DNA of 39,539 nt from Pseudomonadota bacterium (GTDB lineage: Bacteria; Pseudomonadota; Gammaproteobacteria; Burkholderiales; Burkholderiaceae_A). The position numbers were made by a program, and so were the translations under genes. Numbering within the stretch: position 1 is the first letter of the stretch; each line of letters opens with the position of its first letter. Shown here piece after piece: positions 10,001 through 22,524 of this stretch. Below the pieces are notes generated by a model that saw nothing but the letters and a program-made list of their open reading frames with translations, was not told the origin of the DNA and searched no databases. Where the stretch lies: positions 1 to 39,539 of the forward strand of contig JBDLRA010000035.1 in NCBI GenBank assembly GCA_039800285.1, read 5' to 3'.

Positions 10001-10843
10001 AATCTCTTCAACATAGGGCCGCATCAATGCAGCCCCAAGCGCACAGTTCAATCCGATCGTGATTGGGCGTGCATGACGCACACTGTTCCAGAAGGCCTCG
10101 ACGGTCTGCCCTGAGAGAATTCGGCCAGAGGCATCGGTAATCGTGCCGGAGATCATGACGGGCCAACGCATGCCCCGCGCCTCAAACACACTCTCCATCG
10201 CGAAGATGGCTGCCTTCGCGTTCAAGGTATCAAAGATTGTCTCAAGCAGGAGCAGATCGGCACCCCCATCCAGCAGCGCCTCGATCTGTTCACGATATCC
10301 CGCTACCAGCTGATCGAAGTGAATATTCCGTGCACCGGGATCATTCACATCTGGCGAGATCGATGCTGTACGCGGCGTGGGGCCAATCGCACCGGCAACA
10401 AATCGTGGATGGTCGGGGGTAGAGATTTCATCACAGGCGATTCGCGCAAGTCGTGCCGACTCCAGGTTCATCAGTCGGCAGAGCTGAGGCAGGTGATAGT
10501 CCTCTTGCGCAACGGAGGTGGCGCCGAAGGTATTGGTTTCGACAATATCGGCGCCTGCAGCGAGATACTGACGATGAATGTTCAGAATGACATCTTGTCG
10601 TGTGAGGGACAACAGCTCATTGTTTCCCTTGACATCGATCCCGCCGGCAACAGCAGAGGCAATCGCCTCACGCACTTCAGCGCTAAGGGTCGATACGCCT
10701 GTTCCGCGATAGTCATCTTCGCTCAGCTTGAACTGCTGAATCATGGTGCCAGTGGCCCCATCGAGCACAAGAATCCGCTTGGTCATCTGTTGGCGAAGCA
10801 GAGAAAATGCAGCGGATTCGGGCAGTAAAGCGGATGTCGACAT
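7079..10843 (-). CDS. metH: Cobalamin-dependent methionine synthase, full length (Hcy-, pterin-, B12-binding and activation domains)
   Basis: [22 protein letters not shown] (Zn), [17 protein letters not shown] (B12), [12 protein letters not shown]. Start is ATG 10843 or 10888. Confidence 0.97.
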   Translation of the reverse strand: MSTSALLPESAAFSLLRQQMTKRILVLDGATGTMIQQFKLSEDDYRGTGVSTLSAEVREAIASAVAGGIDVKGNNELLSLTRQDVILNIHRQYLAAGADIVETNTFGATSVAQEDYHLPQLCRLMNLESARLARIACDEISTPDHPRFVAGAIGPTPRTASISPDVNDPGARNIHFDQLVAGYREQIEALLDGGADLLLLETIFDTLNAKAAIFAMESVFEARGMRWPVMISGTITDASGRILSGQTVEAFWNSVRHARPITIGLNCALGAALMRPYVEEISRLADTAICIYPNAGLPNPMAPTGFDETPPVTSGFLREFAEQGWVNIVGGCCGTTPDHIAAIAEAVKSFSPRAIPAIAPKLRLSGLEACNIDDSSFFVNVGERTNVTGSKQFARLVLAGEYEQAIAVARQQVENGAQIIDINMDEAMLDSEAAMVRFLNLIASEPDISRVPIMIDSSKWSVIEAGLKCVQGKPVVNSISLKEGEEAFLTQARLCRRYGAAVIVMAFDERGQADNLARRQEICQRAYTLLTETVGFPAEDIIFDPNIFAIATGIEDHNAYAIDFIEATKWIKANLPYAKISGGVSNVSFSFRGNDPAREAIHTVFLYHAVKAGMTMGIVNAGQLGVYEDLDPELRERVEDIVLNRRPDATERMIDYAGQLKSGGRREEAQLQWRSLDVEKRLEHALVHGLTEFIVEDTEAARAAIANRGGRPIEVIEGPLMSGMNVVGDLFAQGKMFLPQVVKSARVMKAAVAHLVPFIEEEQRASGTTQAKGKIIIATVKGDVHDIGKNIVSVVLQCNNFEVVNLGVMVPAQQILQAAKDHNADIIGLSGLITPSLEEMAHVAKEMERDEWCRCKQIPLLIGGATTSRVHTAVKIAPNYSGPVIWVPDASRSVPVAQSLTSDAAQKGAYLGELIRDYQKLRERHAAKTARPMLSLNAARANAPVVDFAVSTPPKPKVMGRRVLKSYDLKELVDTIDWTPFFQTWDLAGPYPAILDDEIVGAQARQVYADGKAMLAQLVTQRKLTAQGVFGLYRAQRTAPEDITLYQADDTRHPLLTWIGLRQQTQKPTGETNKSLADFVAPLDTGVPDYLGCFAVCIDGADALAKQYEDKGDDYNAILVKALADRLAESFAERLHQRIRTEFWGYAANESLPNEDLIAEKYQGIRPAPGYPSCPDHTVKRAMFDLLNAEEIGMHLTENLAMTPASAVSGFYFWHPASGYFNLGPIGQDQVADYAARADISEAEAERRLAPLLD

Positions 10844-10915
10844 GGGGGTATTGGGATTGGCGCATCCCGGATCTAGGAAAACGCCCATTTTAGACTGCCA
10901 CTCGCAGGAAATCAG

Positions 10916-10937
10916 GCTAACCCCCCGGGGGATTAGC
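10916..10937 (-). terminator. GC-rich hairpin between the MBL hydrolase gene and metH
   Basis: Minus strand GCTAATCCCCCGGGGGGTTAGC is near-palindromic; only a weak U-tract follows (CTGATTT). Confidence 0.45.
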
Positions 10938-10960
10938 GGGCGAGGACCGTGCCTTTCGGG

Positions 10961-11956
10961 TTATCGGACGAGGCTATCGAGCCAACAGACCAGACCATCA
11001 CTGTTGAGGCGAAGGTCAAGGTCTAAGACGGCGAGACAGTCCTCTTGCGACAGGGATACGCCTCGATCTGAGAGATCTTTGAGCATCAGGCGAGACAGGT
11101 CCTCTTGAATGAGGCGGCTTCGGTCGTTGCCTGCGGACTGATGGGCCAGTGCGACGTTCGCAAACTGATCCGTCTGTCGTAGCAGATGCTCCCCATGCCG
11201 TAAAACGTCCTTCAGCTGGGCATAGTGGGTCAAATAGACTGCGGGCGGCTTTGCTGCCATCAGTCGACGCATCGAGGCCTGTAGGTCCGTTGGCATGAAC
11301 TGGGATGGTGACGATGTGACGAAGACATAAGACCCTTGCGCGGTGTCAAAGTCACGATAAGAAATGCCAAAAGTATCGCCCGTGAAAAAACTATTGGTCT
11401 TAGTGTCGCGAATGTAAACGTGATGTCGGGCATGTCCTGGCGCATCCCAGAATTCAAAGACGCGCCCCGCCAGAGAGACTGTGGCGCCTTCGGGCGTTTC
11501 CAAAATGCGACTCGCGTCGATAGGATCTAGTCCGCCGTATTCTTTTTCGGCCATCGCCACCCCATAGACCTCACAGACCGCCGCCCAGAGTTTTGAAGGG
11601 TCAACAAGATGTCGGGTGCCCCGGGGATGTACGGTCACTCGTGCATTCGGACACTGTCGCAGGAGTGCGCCTGCACCGCCTGCGTGATCGAGATGCACGT
11701 GTGTCAGCAGAATCCAGTCAACGGATTCTGGTCCGAGCCCCAGCGCTGACAAGGCTGAGAGGATTCTGGGGACTGCGTATTGTGTCGAGGTGTCGATGAC
11801 GGCAACGCGACCCTGCTCGACAACCAGATGGACCGCATCAAATTCGTCACGAAAATAGCCGGAGTCGAGGGCATAGATGCCATCGCCAAAGTCACGCATC
11901 AAGGGCGTCACCAGAGGTGCATTCGCGTGTTGGTGAAAGGGAGTAGAAAAAGTCAT
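10961..11956 (-). CDS. MBL-fold metallo-hydrolase
   Basis: THVHLDHAGG (HxHxDH), PGHARHH, FTGD, LTHY. ATG 11956 overlaps the GMC stop (ATGA). Confidence 0.9.
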   Translation of the reverse strand: MTFSTPFHQHANAPLVTPLMRDFGDGIYALDSGYFRDEFDAVHLVVEQGRVAVIDTSTQYAVPRILSALSALGLGPESVDWILLTHVHLDHAGGAGALLRQCPNARVTVHPRGTRHLVDPSKLWAAVCEVYGVAMAEKEYGGLDPIDASRILETPEGATVSLAGRVFEFWDAPGHARHHVYIRDTKTNSFFTGDTFGISYRDFDTAQGSYVFVTSSPSQFMPTDLQASMRRLMAAKPPAVYLTHYAQLKDVLRHGEHLLRQTDQFANVALAHQSAGNDRSRLIQEDLSRLMLKDLSDRGVSLSQEDCLAVLDLDLRLNSDGLVCWLDSLVR

Positions 11957-13641
11957 ACGGCCTCCAATGCTTCTTTTTGAATGATTCGTGCCGCCTGCTC
12001 GGCGATCAGCATCACCGGCGCATTTGTATTGCCAGAAGTAATACTCGGCATTGCCGAGGCATCGATAACACGAAGTCGTGCGATTCCGCGACACCGTAAG
12101 TCAGCGTCTAATACGGTCATCGGATCTGTGGCCTGCCCACTCGCCGTCACGTGGCCCATCGCGCAGGTGCTCACCGGATGAAAGATGGTCGTTCCAAGAT
12201 CACGTGCCGCAGAAAGTAACGCCGCTTCGCTATCCGCAGAGACACCGGGCAGCACCTCTTCTGGGGTAAACGCAGCGAGTGCCGGACTCCGCATGATCTG
12301 ACGTGTTAGCTGCAGTCCCGCAACGGCCACGCGACAGTCTTCCTCGGTGGAAAGGTAATTGCACAAGATCTTTGGTGCCGCGAGCGGATCAGGACTGCTG
12401 GGACGAACCCAGCCACGAGAGCTTGGGCGGAGGTTGCAGACACTGGGCGTGATGCCATTAAAAGGATGGAGTGGCGCGCCGAATTTCGGGAGTGATAACG
12501 GCTGGACATGCCACTCCAAATTGGCACTTGTCTGACTGGGATCGCTTTTCGCAAACGCGCCAAGTGTTGACGGTGGCATGGTCATTGGCCCTCTTCTTAG
12601 AAAGGCGTACTGCAAGGCCATCCCGATACGCGTGACATAGTTTCGATAGAGCGTATTGACGGTAGAACACTGGTCGACCTTGTACACCGTTCGAATCTGA
12701 AGGTGATCCTGCAGGTTTTCCCCCACACCGGGGAGATTGAATACCGGCTGTATGCCTTGTGCCTGAAGCTGTGCTGACGGCCCGATACCAGAGACCTGAA
12801 GCAGGTGCGGAGAGCTGACGGCCCCGGCTGAGAGAATCAATTGGTCTCGAATCGCCACATGCTGCTTCTGCCCTTGATGCAGGATCTCAAGGCCCGTCGC
12901 CTCAAGCCCAGCATTCGCCCAGGCCTGTCGTTGAAATCGTGGCTGTGCCTGGGTTTCATTTCGAATGGGGCCTGTGAGGATACGAAGCACCTGCGTTTTG
13001 GTCAGCACCGTGAGATTTTTTCTGTGGCGAATCGGGTGCAGAAAGGCATCCGCCATCGACCAACGCACCCCTCGGCGCTGGGTCATATGGAAATAAGCAG
13101 AGCCGGCATTGTCACCACGATTGAACTCATCAATCGACGCAATCCCCTGTTCTGCTGCTGCAGCCCGCCAGGCATCAAGAATCTTCCAGCGCACCCGAGG
13201 GGATTCCACACGCATCTCACCGCCCTGCCCGTGCCAGGCGTTTTCACCGCCGAAGTAGTCTTCAAGGGAACGATAGATGGAGAGGGCGTTCTCCCAAGAC
13301 CAGTGGTCGCTCTGGGTGATGCCCTGCCAGCGATCGTAATCCGACGCCTGGCCGCGCATATAGATCATCGCGTTGATGGAGGAGCAGCCCCCAAGGACAC
13401 GACCGCGTGCGTAGTGAATCGAGCGGCCATGAAGTCCGGGGTCTGGTTCGGTCTGAAAACACCAGTCGGTGCGGGGGTTCGCAATCGTGAACAGATAGCC
13501 CACCGGAATTTTGATCCAAAACCAGTCATCCTCGCCCCCCGCCTCAATTAACAAGACGCGATGGTTAGGGTTCGCCGAGAGTCGGTTCGCGAGAAGACAG
13601 CCCGCACTCCCTGCGCCGACGATAACGGTATCAAAGATCAT
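11953..13641 (-). CDS. GMC-family FAD oxidoreductase (choline dehydrogenase-like)
   Basis: VGAGSAG, RGRVLGGCSSINAM, GVGENLQDH, FHPVSTC, GNTNAP. Confidence 0.93.
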   Translation of the reverse strand: MIFDTVIVGAGSAGCLLANRLSANPNHRVLLIEAGGEDDWFWIKIPVGYLFTIANPRTDWCFQTEPDPGLHGRSIHYARGRVLGGCSSINAMIYMRGQASDYDRWQGITQSDHWSWENALSIYRSLEDYFGGENAWHGQGGEMRVESPRVRWKILDAWRAAAAEQGIASIDEFNRGDNAGSAYFHMTQRRGVRWSMADAFLHPIRHRKNLTVLTKTQVLRILTGPIRNETQAQPRFQRQAWANAGLEATGLEILHQGQKQHVAIRDQLILSAGAVSSPHLLQVSGIGPSAQLQAQGIQPVFNLPGVGENLQDHLQIRTVYKVDQCSTVNTLYRNYVTRIGMALQYAFLRRGPMTMPPSTLGAFAKSDPSQTSANLEWHVQPLSLPKFGAPLHPFNGITPSVCNLRPSSRGWVRPSSPDPLAAPKILCNYLSTEEDCRVAVAGLQLTRQIMRSPALAAFTPEEVLPGVSADSEAALLSAARDLGTTIFHPVSTCAMGHVTASGQATDPMTVLDADLRCRGIARLRVIDASAMPSITSGNTNAPVMLIAEQAARIIQKEALEAV

Positions 13642-14831
13642 CTGGAGGAATGATAGAAACTAAATCCTTGTACGGTCTGTGAACGTGTTCGCGCAATACT
13701 CATCAACATGCCAGCACCAAATCCGAGTGTCACCATGGCAGTGCCACCATAGGACATCCAGGGCAAGGGAACGCCAACCACGGGCAGGATGCCGGTCACC
13801 ATTCCCATATTGACGAAGGCATAGCTAAAGATAATCAGAGAGAGCGCCCCCGCCAGCAGTCGTGAGAAGAGCGTCGGGGCACCGATTGCAATCCAGAGGC
13901 CCCGCAGCACCAAGCCGCTATAGAGCGCGATTAATAACAGGTTGCCCAGAAATCCAAACTCCTCCGAGAAGGCAGCAAAGACAAAGTCTGTTGTCCGCTC
14001 CGGGATAAATTCGAGGTGGGTCTGTGTTCCCTGCATCCAGCCTTTGCCGAATAGTCCACCGGAGCCGACGGCGATGATGGACTGAATGATGTGAAACCCT
14101 TTCCCAAGGGGATCACGCATGGGATCAATCAGGGTACAGACGCGTTGGCGTTGATATTCATGAAACCCTGGCCACGACAGCCCATCGGTACAAGCAGCAT
14201 CGCCAAAGATAATGAGCCCAAGGATGCCGACGCCGAGAACCCCCAGGGCGATCAGCACGATTCGCCAGGAAAGCCCAGCGAAGAACAAGACAAAGAGGCC
14301 TGCTGAAGCGACCAAGATCGAGGTGCCAAGATCGGGCTGCGCCAGAATAAAACCAGTCGGGATGGCGAGTATCAATAAGGCAAGCGCCCAGTGTCCGACA
14401 TGGCGAAGCCCCTCATAGCGATGCACCAGCCACGCCAGCATCATCGGCATCGCAATCTTCATCAGCTCAGAGGGCTGAATTCGGGTGATACCGATATTGA
14501 GCCAACGCCGTGCGCCTTTTGAAACATCTCCCGCAACAGCGACAGCAACCAGTAACAGCACACCAAGCACAAAAAGTGGTAACGCGACACGCTGCAAGAC
14601 AGAGGGATTGATATGGGCCACCACCCACATGATCAATATGGCAATCCCTAGATTCCGCAGGTGATCTAGAAAGCGGCCAGGAAAATCAAACGCGGCGCTG
14701 TAGACAATTAGGCTTGAGAGCGCAGCAATCCCAAGAAACAAGCTGATAAAAGGCCCATCAAAGACGGCGACTGCTGATCGCAGCCAGAGCCAGAGCCCGA
14801 GGACCCCTTTGGGTTTGATCTCATTGGCCAT
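13638..14831 (-). CDS. rodA: Rod shape-determining SEDS glycosyltransferase RodA
   Basis: GARRWL, IQPSELMK, QPDLGT, PERTTDF, GVPLPWMSYGGT. ATG 14831 overlaps the end of mrdA. Confidence 0.95.
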   Translation of the reverse strand: MANEIKPKGVLGLWLWLRSAVAVFDGPFISLFLGIAALSSLIVYSAAFDFPGRFLDHLRNLGIAILIMWVVAHINPSVLQRVALPLFVLGVLLLVAVAVAGDVSKGARRWLNIGITRIQPSELMKIAMPMMLAWLVHRYEGLRHVGHWALALLILAIPTGFILAQPDLGTSILVASAGLFVLFFAGLSWRIVLIALGVLGVGILGLIIFGDAACTDGLSWPGFHEYQRQRVCTLIDPMRDPLGKGFHIIQSIIAVGSGGLFGKGWMQGTQTHLEFIPERTTDFVFAAFSEEFGFLGNLLLIALYSGLVLRGLWIAIGAPTLFSRLLAGALSLIIFSYAFVNMGMVTGILPVVGVPLPWMSYGGTAMVTLGFGAGMLMSIARTRSQTVQGFSFYHSSR

Positions 14832-16665
14832 TGGTCGATGCTTTCTTGAGAAGCAGGTGGTCAAAGACAAGTCGAGCGATCGGGGCAGCGGCCGCGGCAC
14901 CGAAGCCACCATTTTCGACAATGAGCGCCAAGGCGACTTCTGGCTTCTCGGCGGGCGCAAACGCGACGTAGAGGGAATGGTCCCGGTGACGCTCGGCGAT
15001 CCGGGAGGCGTTGTATTTCTCGTTCTGACCGATGCTGATCACCTGGGCGGTCCCAGTCTTCCCTGCCACCGTGTACGGCGCCCCCATAAAGACGCGGGCG
15101 CCTGTGCCGGAACGATTCACATCCACCATAGCCTCTGTAACGAGATCGAGGGCGGCATCGCTGACAGGAATTTTTCGAATGATGTTGGGTTCGGTTTTTT
15201 TCACGGCCCCGGTGTTGGGATCTTCAATCGATTTCACGAGATGTGGGCGCATCATGACGCCGCGATTTGCGAGGGCTGCTGTTGCTGTCGCAAGCTGAAG
15301 CATCGAGAACGAGTTATAGCCCTGACCGATGCCAATAGACATATTCTCTCCGGGATGCCACGGCTGCTTGAATCGTGCCTGCTTCCACTCGGATGAGGGA
15401 AGAATACCAGCCACTTCACCGATCAGATCAATGCCGGTTTTTTGTCCGAAACCCCAGGGTTCGATATGGCGGTGGATAAGATCCACGCCCATGTCTTTTG
15501 CGAGAATGTAGTAATAGGTGTCACTTGAGACAACAATGGATTTTTTCAGATCGACGATGCCGTTACCGTTTGGATTGCTGTCGCGGAACTTATGGTTTCC
15601 GAACATGAAAAAGCCAGGGTCATTGATGGTGTCGTCAGGCTTCCGCATGCCCGATTCAAGCGCTGCAATCGCCATAAAGGGTTTGTAGGTTGATCCAGGC
15701 GGATAGGTGCCACGTAGCGGACGATTCAACAAAGGCTTGTCGGGAGAATTGTTCAGACTGTCCCAGGTCGTTGCATCAATCCCGTCAATGAACAAAGCCG
15801 GATTGAAATTTGGCATGGAAACAAACGCCAGCACCTCACCGGTCGCAGGGGCGATCGCCACGAGGGCACCCCGCCGCTTACCGTAAGCGTTTTCAATCAG
15901 GCGTTGTAGTTCGCCATCAATCGACAGACGAAGATTTTTCCCCGGAATCGGAAGCCGTCTGGCGAGACTACGCACCATACGACCGCCAGCAGTGATCTCC
16001 ATACGATCAAACCCTGTCTGGCCGCGCAGATCGTTCTCATAGGCCTGTTCAAGTCCGAGCTTGCCGATATGCGACGTGCCGAAATAGCTTGACGCAAGAT
16101 CTGTCTGCTCAATCCGCTCGCGGTCTTTTTTCGAGATGCGACCAATATGCCCCAGCAGATGCGAGGACGAATCAACATACGGGTAATAGCGCATGCTACG
16201 CACGTTGACCGAGACGCCCGGAAGACGATGCAGATTGACGACGAGTTTGGCGACTTCCGCATCGTTCAGTGTTGGCCGCAGCGGAATCGTGTCGAACTTG
16301 CGCAGTTCATTTTTAAGTCGACGGAACCGACGAAGATCAAGCTCATCAATCTTGATCAGGGTTCCCAGTGTGGCGAGTGTTTCCTCTAGGTTAGGAACTT
16401 TGTGTGGCTCAATCTCGAGCGCAAATCCAGAAGTATTTCGCGCAATGACCTGACCATGACGATCAAATATCTCGCCTCGTGGGGCCTGCACTGGCAGGAG
16501 TGCAACGCGGTTTTCTTCGGAAAGCGCATGAAAGTCGAAGTATTTCCAGACCTGCAGGTAGGCAAACCGCAAAACCAGCAGCCCAAAAGCAAATAACACC
16601 AGTGCAGCCATGAACGAGGCCCGCGCCCGAAAATCTCCCGATTCGTTTACGCGAAACTCACTCAT
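14821..16665 (-). CDS. mrdA: Penicillin-binding protein 2
   Basis: N-terminal TM, APRGEIFDR, SxxK (STYK), SxD (SSD), KTG. Confidence 0.96.
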   Translation of the reverse strand: MSEFRVNESGDFRARASFMAALVLFAFGLLVLRFAYLQVWKYFDFHALSEENRVALLPVQAPRGEIFDRHGQVIARNTSGFALEIEPHKVPNLEETLATLGTLIKIDELDLRRFRRLKNELRKFDTIPLRPTLNDAEVAKLVVNLHRLPGVSVNVRSMRYYPYVDSSSHLLGHIGRISKKDRERIEQTDLASSYFGTSHIGKLGLEQAYENDLRGQTGFDRMEITAGGRMVRSLARRLPIPGKNLRLSIDGELQRLIENAYGKRRGALVAIAPATGEVLAFVSMPNFNPALFIDGIDATTWDSLNNSPDKPLLNRPLRGTYPPGSTYKPFMAIAALESGMRKPDDTINDPGFFMFGNHKFRDSNPNGNGIVDLKKSIVVSSDTYYYILAKDMGVDLIHRHIEPWGFGQKTGIDLIGEVAGILPSSEWKQARFKQPWHPGENMSIGIGQGYNSFSMLQLATATAALANRGVMMRPHLVKSIEDPNTGAVKKTEPNIIRKIPVSDAALDLVTEAMVDVNRSGTGARVFMGAPYTVAGKTGTAQVISIGQNEKYNASRIAERHRDHSLYVAFAPAEKPEVALALIVENGGFGAAAAAPIARLVFDHLLLKKASTNGQ

Positions 16666-16692
16666 GATAGACGCCCTGGAATCAGCACCTCG

Positions 16693-17199
16693 TTAGCGGC
16701 CAATGGCCTGGGTCGAGTTGGTCGGACGATTCAGTCGACCAATGACCCAATCGGTAAAAGGAATCCAGCACAACGCGGTGAAAATTGGTGAGACCAGGTA
16801 CGTCCAGATCGGGGTCACGCCGGACATCGACAGGCTGATCAGCATGACAACAATATTGGCTAACAAAAACAGCGGGAAGAGCTGCAAGGCCTGACCTGAG
16901 ATCGAATACCAGAGCAGGCGCCGATGCAAGGCAATCGCCCCGTATGACAAAACGGAGTAGGCGAGCGCATGTTGGCCAAGGAGCGCCCCCGAGTGAACAT
17001 CCATGATGATGCCGAGTAACCAGGCCAGTGCAATACCGACGCGACGTGGCTGAAAGACATTCCAAAAGACGAGCACCAGCGCCAACATACTCGGCATGGG
17101 CCAGTGACCCCAAGGAATCATTTCAAACGCCAGTGCGCCGACAAACGTCCAGGTCATCATCGCCGTGCTTGGCGTACGACCAAGAATGGCACGCCTCAT
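16693..17199 (-). CDS. mreD: Rod shape-determining protein MreD
   Basis: Hydrophobic 168 aa with FW..QPRRVG and G...DV..GALLGQHAL. Lies between mreC and mrdA. Confidence 0.93.
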   Translation of the reverse strand: MRRAILGRTPSTAMMTWTFVGALAFEMIPWGHWPMPSMLALVLVFWNVFQPRRVGIALAWLLGIIMDVHSGALLGQHALAYSVLSYGAIALHRRLLWYSISGQALQLFPLFLLANIVVMLISLSMSGVTPIWTYLVSPIFTALCWIPFTDWVIGRLNRPTNSTQAIGR

Positions 17200-18107
17200 T
17201 TCGTGCCCCCTTTCTTGTCAGGGCTTGGGGGTTTCGGATCAAGCTCGCGAGGCGCCGGCGGAATCAGCGCCTGGTCAACAAGGATCACCAGCACATGACG
17301 AAGTGATCCAATCGGCGCGACAGGGGTTGCCGTCACGCGAGGGAACTGACCCGAACCGCCGCGTTCAACGCGATTGACCTTCGCAACCGGCATGCCTGTG
17401 GGATAGAGCCCATCCAGGCCAGAGGTCACCATGAGGTCACCTGCAACCACATCCGCATTAATGCTGAGATATTTCAGATCAACCTGTTGGCCATCACCTG
17501 TGCCGACCGCAACACTGCGAATGGCGGATCGTGGCAGATGCACGGGAACAATCAGCGAAGGATCTGTGACCAGTGCAACCTCAGCGGTGATGGGGGAGAC
17601 CCGCACCACCTGCCCTACAACGCCGACAGAATTGATGACGGGATGACCGGGTGCAAGACCATGTTGGCTTCCGCGGTCAATCACGATACGACGACTGAAG
17701 GCGTCGCGCGTCTCATGACTAATTTCTGCTGCGACGGTTTTATGTTGGATGGCTTTGCGTAGATCAAGCAGTCCGCGAAGACTGGCGTTTTCAATGCGGA
17801 TCTGTTCTACCTGAAGCAAGGTATCCGCCGCCAACGTTTCTTTCTGGGCGAGGGCATTGCGGCTGTTGACCAAATCAATCATGGCCGAGCCATAGCTGCC
17901 GATCCAGTAGGCCGCATCCCGTGGAAACATTAAGACCTGTTCGATCGGATAGATGACGATCGACAGCCCTTGACGCAACGGCTTGAGCAGACTGAAGTGA
18001 AGATCAGCGTAGATCGTCGCTGTTGCGGCGATCACTGCAATCAGTAGTCGAAGCCGTGCGGAGAGGCCTTGTTTAAAGAGCGGTGGAGGACTCTGTGAGA
18101 GGGCCAT
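17196..18107 (-). CDS. mreC: Rod shape-determining protein MreC
   Basis: PPPLFKQG, TM, coiled coil ENASLRGLL, IDRGS..G, GVVGQV, VTSGLDGLYP.G. Confidence 0.95.
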   Translation of the reverse strand: MALSQSPPPLFKQGLSARLRLLIAVIAATATIYADLHFSLLKPLRQGLSIVIYPIEQVLMFPRDAAYWIGSYGSAMIDLVNSRNALAQKETLAADTLLQVEQIRIENASLRGLLDLRKAIQHKTVAAEISHETRDAFSRRIVIDRGSQHGLAPGHPVINSVGVVGQVVRVSPITAEVALVTDPSLIVPVHLPRSAIRSVAVGTGDGQQVDLKYLSINADVVAGDLMVTSGLDGLYPTGMPVAKVNRVERGGSGQFPRVTATPVAPIGSLRHVLVILVDQALIPPAPRELDPKPPSPDKKGGTK

Positions 18108-18127
18108 ATCAGCGAATGGCGCTCCCT

Positions 18128-19183
<1,056 letters not shown>

Positions 19184-19234
19184 TCAAAAGAAAAGGATAA
19201 TAAAGCACAATAAGACCCTTAATTTTCTAATTCT

Positions 19235-19522
19235 GTGAACCTCGAAACCAAAGACCTCGAAAAGCTCGCCCGACTCGCTCGGCTTGATCTTTCATCCCAG
19301 GACCAGGCCGCCGTTCTGACCTCCCTCGACGCCGTACTGAACTGGGTCGGCTCACTGTCCCAGGCGCCAACGCAGGATGTCGAGCCCATGGCCCATCCGC
19401 ATGACCTGGCGCTTCGTCTGCGTGACGATGTGGCAAAGCCCCTACCGGATCGGGAGCTGTTGATGCAGAACGCACCGCAGGCGGCAGGCGGACTCTTTAT
19501 CGTTCCCCGGGTGATTGAGTGA
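19235..19522 (+). CDS. gatC: Asp/Glu-tRNA amidotransferase subunit C
   Basis: LARLARL, VEPMAHP, LRDD, NAP, F.VPRVIE. GTG start. Confidence 0.95.
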   Translation: MNLETKDLEKLARLARLDLSSQDQAAVLTSLDAVLNWVGSLSQAPTQDVEPMAHPHDLALRLRDDVAKPLPDRELLMQNAPQAAGGLFIVPRVIE

Positions 19523-21051
19523 CCATGGCGGCCAACCCCTTTTCCGACCTCGCTTCGCTGGCGCAGGCGCTCAGTAGCCGCCAGATTGGCGCGGTTGAGC
19601 TAGCGCAGGACGTCCTGGGCCGCATTGATGCGGATGCGACGAATTCATTTCTTGCCGTAAACCCTGAGCAGACGATCGCACAGGCGCGGCTCGCCGATGA
19701 CCGGCTCAAAAACGAAAGCCCTGCAGCGGCGGGCCAAGGTTTTTCCTTGGTTGGGCTCCCGATTGCCCACAAGGACATTTTTGTGACCCAGGGCTGGCCG
19801 ACGACGGCGGCGTCCAAGATTCTGGAAGGCTACCAAAGCCCCTTTGATGCGACGGTGGTGGAAAAGCTCGCCAACGCGGGCATGGTCACGGTCGGCAAGC
19901 TCAACTGTGACGAGTTCGCGATGGGATCAGCGAATACCCACTCGGCCTACGGCCCGGTCCGCAACCCTTGGGATGAGGCCGCTATCCCCGGGGGCTCCTC
20001 GGGGGGATCGGCTGCGGCGGTGGCCGCGGGGGTTGTCCCTGCTGCAACGGGAACGGATACGGGAGGCTCAATTCGCCAGCCTGCGGCAATGTGCGGCCTG
20101 ACGGGCATAAAACCGACCTACGGTCGGGTGTCCCGCTGGGGAATGATTGCCTACGCCTCGAGTCTTGACCAGGCGGGCCCGATGGCCCGCACGGCGCGAG
20201 ACTGTGCGGTACTTCTGTCGGCGATGACAGGCTTTGACGAAAAAGACTCGACCAGTCTGGAGCTGCCGGCGCAGGATTTTGCCGTTGGTCTGGAGACCCC
20301 CGTGGACGGCGCCTCGACTGCCATGCCTTTGAAGGGCTTACGGATTGGTCTGCCCAAAGAGTTTTTTGCCGACGGACTAAGCCAGGAGGTACGCGCAGCG
20401 ATTGATGGAGCCGTCGCGGAGATGGTGAAGCTTGGTGCGGTGACAGTGGAGATCTCCCTGCCGCGGACCGCCTTGAGTATCCCGGCGTATTACGTAATTG
20501 CGCCGGCCGAGGCGTCGAGCAACCTTAGTCGTTTTGATGGGGTGCGTTATGGTCATCGGGCAAAAGAGGTCAAAGACCTTGAGTCGCTCTATCGGATGTC
20601 TCGTGCCGAGGGTTTCGGAAAAGAAGTGCAGCGGCGGATTCTGATTGGTACCTTCGTGCTGTCGCATGGCTATTACGATGCCTATTACATTCAGGCCCAG
20701 CGGGTTCGAAGGCTGGTCTCCCAAGACTTTGACCAGGCCTTTACGCAGTGCGACCTGATTGCCGGCCCTGTCGCCCCGACTGTGGCCTGGGATATCAATG
20801 CCCCTTCGGTTGATCCGCTGCAGGACTACCTCGCCGACATCTACACCCTTGGCGTGAATCTGGCGGGCCTGCCGGCGATGTCCATCCCTTGTGGTTTTGG
20901 CCAGGGATCCCACGACCGACGGCCTATTGGCATACAGCTGATTGGGCCTCGATTCGAGGAGCAGCGCTGTCTGACGACAGCACACTGGTTCCAGAAGGCA
21001 ACCGATTGGCATCTCAAGACACCACAGGCCAAGAGCGGAGGATCCGTATGA
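19519..21051 (+). CDS. gatA: Asp/Glu-tRNA amidotransferase subunit A
   Basis: Amidase signature [35 protein letters not shown]. Start is GTG 19519 or ATG 19525. Confidence 0.97.
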   Translation: MTMAANPFSDLASLAQALSSRQIGAVELAQDVLGRIDADATNSFLAVNPEQTIAQARLADDRLKNESPAAAGQGFSLVGLPIAHKDIFVTQGWPTTAASKILEGYQSPFDATVVEKLANAGMVTVGKLNCDEFAMGSANTHSAYGPVRNPWDEAAIPGGSSGGSAAAVAAGVVPAATGTDTGGSIRQPAAMCGLTGIKPTYGRVSRWGMIAYASSLDQAGPMARTARDCAVLLSAMTGFDEKDSTSLELPAQDFAVGLETPVDGASTAMPLKGLRIGLPKEFFADGLSQEVRAAIDGAVAEMVKLGAVTVEISLPRTALSIPAYYVIAPAEASSNLSRFDGVRYGHRAKEVKDLESLYRMSRAEGFGKEVQRRILIGTFVLSHGYYDAYYIQAQRVRRLVSQDFDQAFTQCDLIAGPVAPTVAWDINAPSVDPLQDYLADIYTLGVNLAGLPAMSIPCGFGQGSHDRRPIGIQLIGPRFEEQRCLTTAHWFQKATDWHLKTPQAKSGGSV

Positions 21052-22505
21052 ACTGGGAAATCGTTCTCGGCCTCGAGACCCACGTCCAGCTGAAGACACA
21101 GTCCAAGATTTTTTCGCCTGCCTCAACCGCTTTTGGTGCTGCGCCCAACACCCAGGCCCACATGATTGATATGGCCTTGCCTGGCGTCCTTCCGGTGTTA
21201 AACCGCGAGGCAGTCGCCTGCGCTATCCGGTTTGGTCTGGCGGTAGGGGCAGACATTGCGCCGCGCTCAATCTTTGCGCGCAAGAATTATTTCTATCCCG
21301 ATCTGCCCAAGGGCTATCAGATCAGTCAGTTTGAAATTCCGGTGGTGCAAGGTGGGTTTGTCACGATCGTCACAGATCAGGGGGCCCGCAAGATTGAACT
21401 GACACGTGCACACCTCGAGGAAGATGCCGGAAAATCCATTCACGAAGGGATTGATGGGCTGCCTCAGGGCTGTTCGGGGATTGACCTGAATCGTGCTGGC
21501 ACACCCCTTCTGGAGATTGTGAGCGAACCCGTCATGCGGTCCGCGAAAGAGGCTGTTGCCTATGCCAAGGCCTTGCACACACTAGTGACATGGATTGGGA
21601 TCTGTGACGGCAATCTGCAGGAGGGATCTTTCCGTGTTGATGCAAACGTGTCGGTTCGACCCATGGGTCAGACGACCTTTGGCACGCGATGCGAGATCAA
21701 GAATCTGAACTCATTTCGTTTTCTTGAGAAGGCGATTGAAGTCGAGGCCCGCCGGCAGATTGAGCTGATCGAAGATGGTGGGCAGGTGGTTCAGGAGACG
21801 CGGCTATTCGACCCTGATCTCGAAGAAACGCGGGCCATGCGCAGCAAAGAAGACGCGCATGATTACCGCTACTTCCCAGATCCCGACCTCCCGCCTTTGG
21901 TGATCAGTGCCCAATGGATTGATTCGGTTCGTGCAGCGATGCCAGAACTGCCGGATCGTCTGCGTGAGCGATTGGTCGCGGACTATGGCCTATCAGACTA
22001 TGACGCGGCCATGATGGCCCAGAGCCGGGAGACTGCTGACTTCTTCTTTGCGGTGCTGGCTGCAGGAGCGTCTGCCAAGCTTGATCCAAAGCTGATTGCA
22101 AACTGGATGATGGGGGAGCTGGCCTCGACCTTGAATCGAGAGTCGCTTGAGATCGCAGCGTCAAAGATTTCAGCGGTGCAACTTGCTGGTCTCCTGCAGC
22201 GGATTGCTGATGGCACCGTGAGTAACAAGATTGCACGGGACATCTTTGCCACCCTCTGGTCAGGAGAGTTTCCATCGGCAGATGCGGTGATCGATGCGAA
22301 GGGCTTGCGACAGATTCAGGACACGGGGCTGATTGCTGGGCTCGTGGACGAGGTTGTTGCCGCCAATCCGAAGATGGTTGAGGAATTTAAGGCCGGCAAA
22401 GAAAAGGCGATGAATGCCCTGGTGGGACAAGTGATGAAGCGGTCTCAGGGCAAGGCCAATCCACAGCAGGTGACGGATCTTGTCCGGGCGAAGCTAAGCC
22501 AATAG
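21048..22505 (+). CDS. gatB: Asp/Glu-tRNA amidotransferase subunit B
   Basis: [54 protein letters not shown] 21048 overlaps the gatA stop. Confidence 0.97.
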   Translation: MNWEIVLGLETHVQLKTQSKIFSPASTAFGAAPNTQAHMIDMALPGVLPVLNREAVACAIRFGLAVGADIAPRSIFARKNYFYPDLPKGYQISQFEIPVVQGGFVTIVTDQGARKIELTRAHLEEDAGKSIHEGIDGLPQGCSGIDLNRAGTPLLEIVSEPVMRSAKEAVAYAKALHTLVTWIGICDGNLQEGSFRVDANVSVRPMGQTTFGTRCEIKNLNSFRFLEKAIEVEARRQIELIEDGGQVVQETRLFDPDLEETRAMRSKEDAHDYRYFPDPDLPPLVISAQWIDSVRAAMPELPDRLRERLVADYGLSDYDAAMMAQSRETADFFFAVLAAGASAKLDPKLIANWMMGELASTLNRESLEIAASKISAVQLAGLLQRIADGTVSNKIARDIFATLWSGEFPSADAVIDAKGLRQIQDTGLIAGLVDEVVAANPKMVEEFKAGKEKAMNALVGQVMKRSQGKANPQQVTDLVRAKLSQ

Positions 22506-22524
22506 ATCGACCATACTGGGCATG

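Noticed and set aside
10844-10960. SAH, SAM or cobalamin riboswitch upstream of metH
   Set aside because: The spacer is only about 117 nt and holds a simple hairpin and a TAAAAT box; I could not find the GAGCG/CGCUC SAH pairing or a B12 box. An Infernal scan would be decisive.
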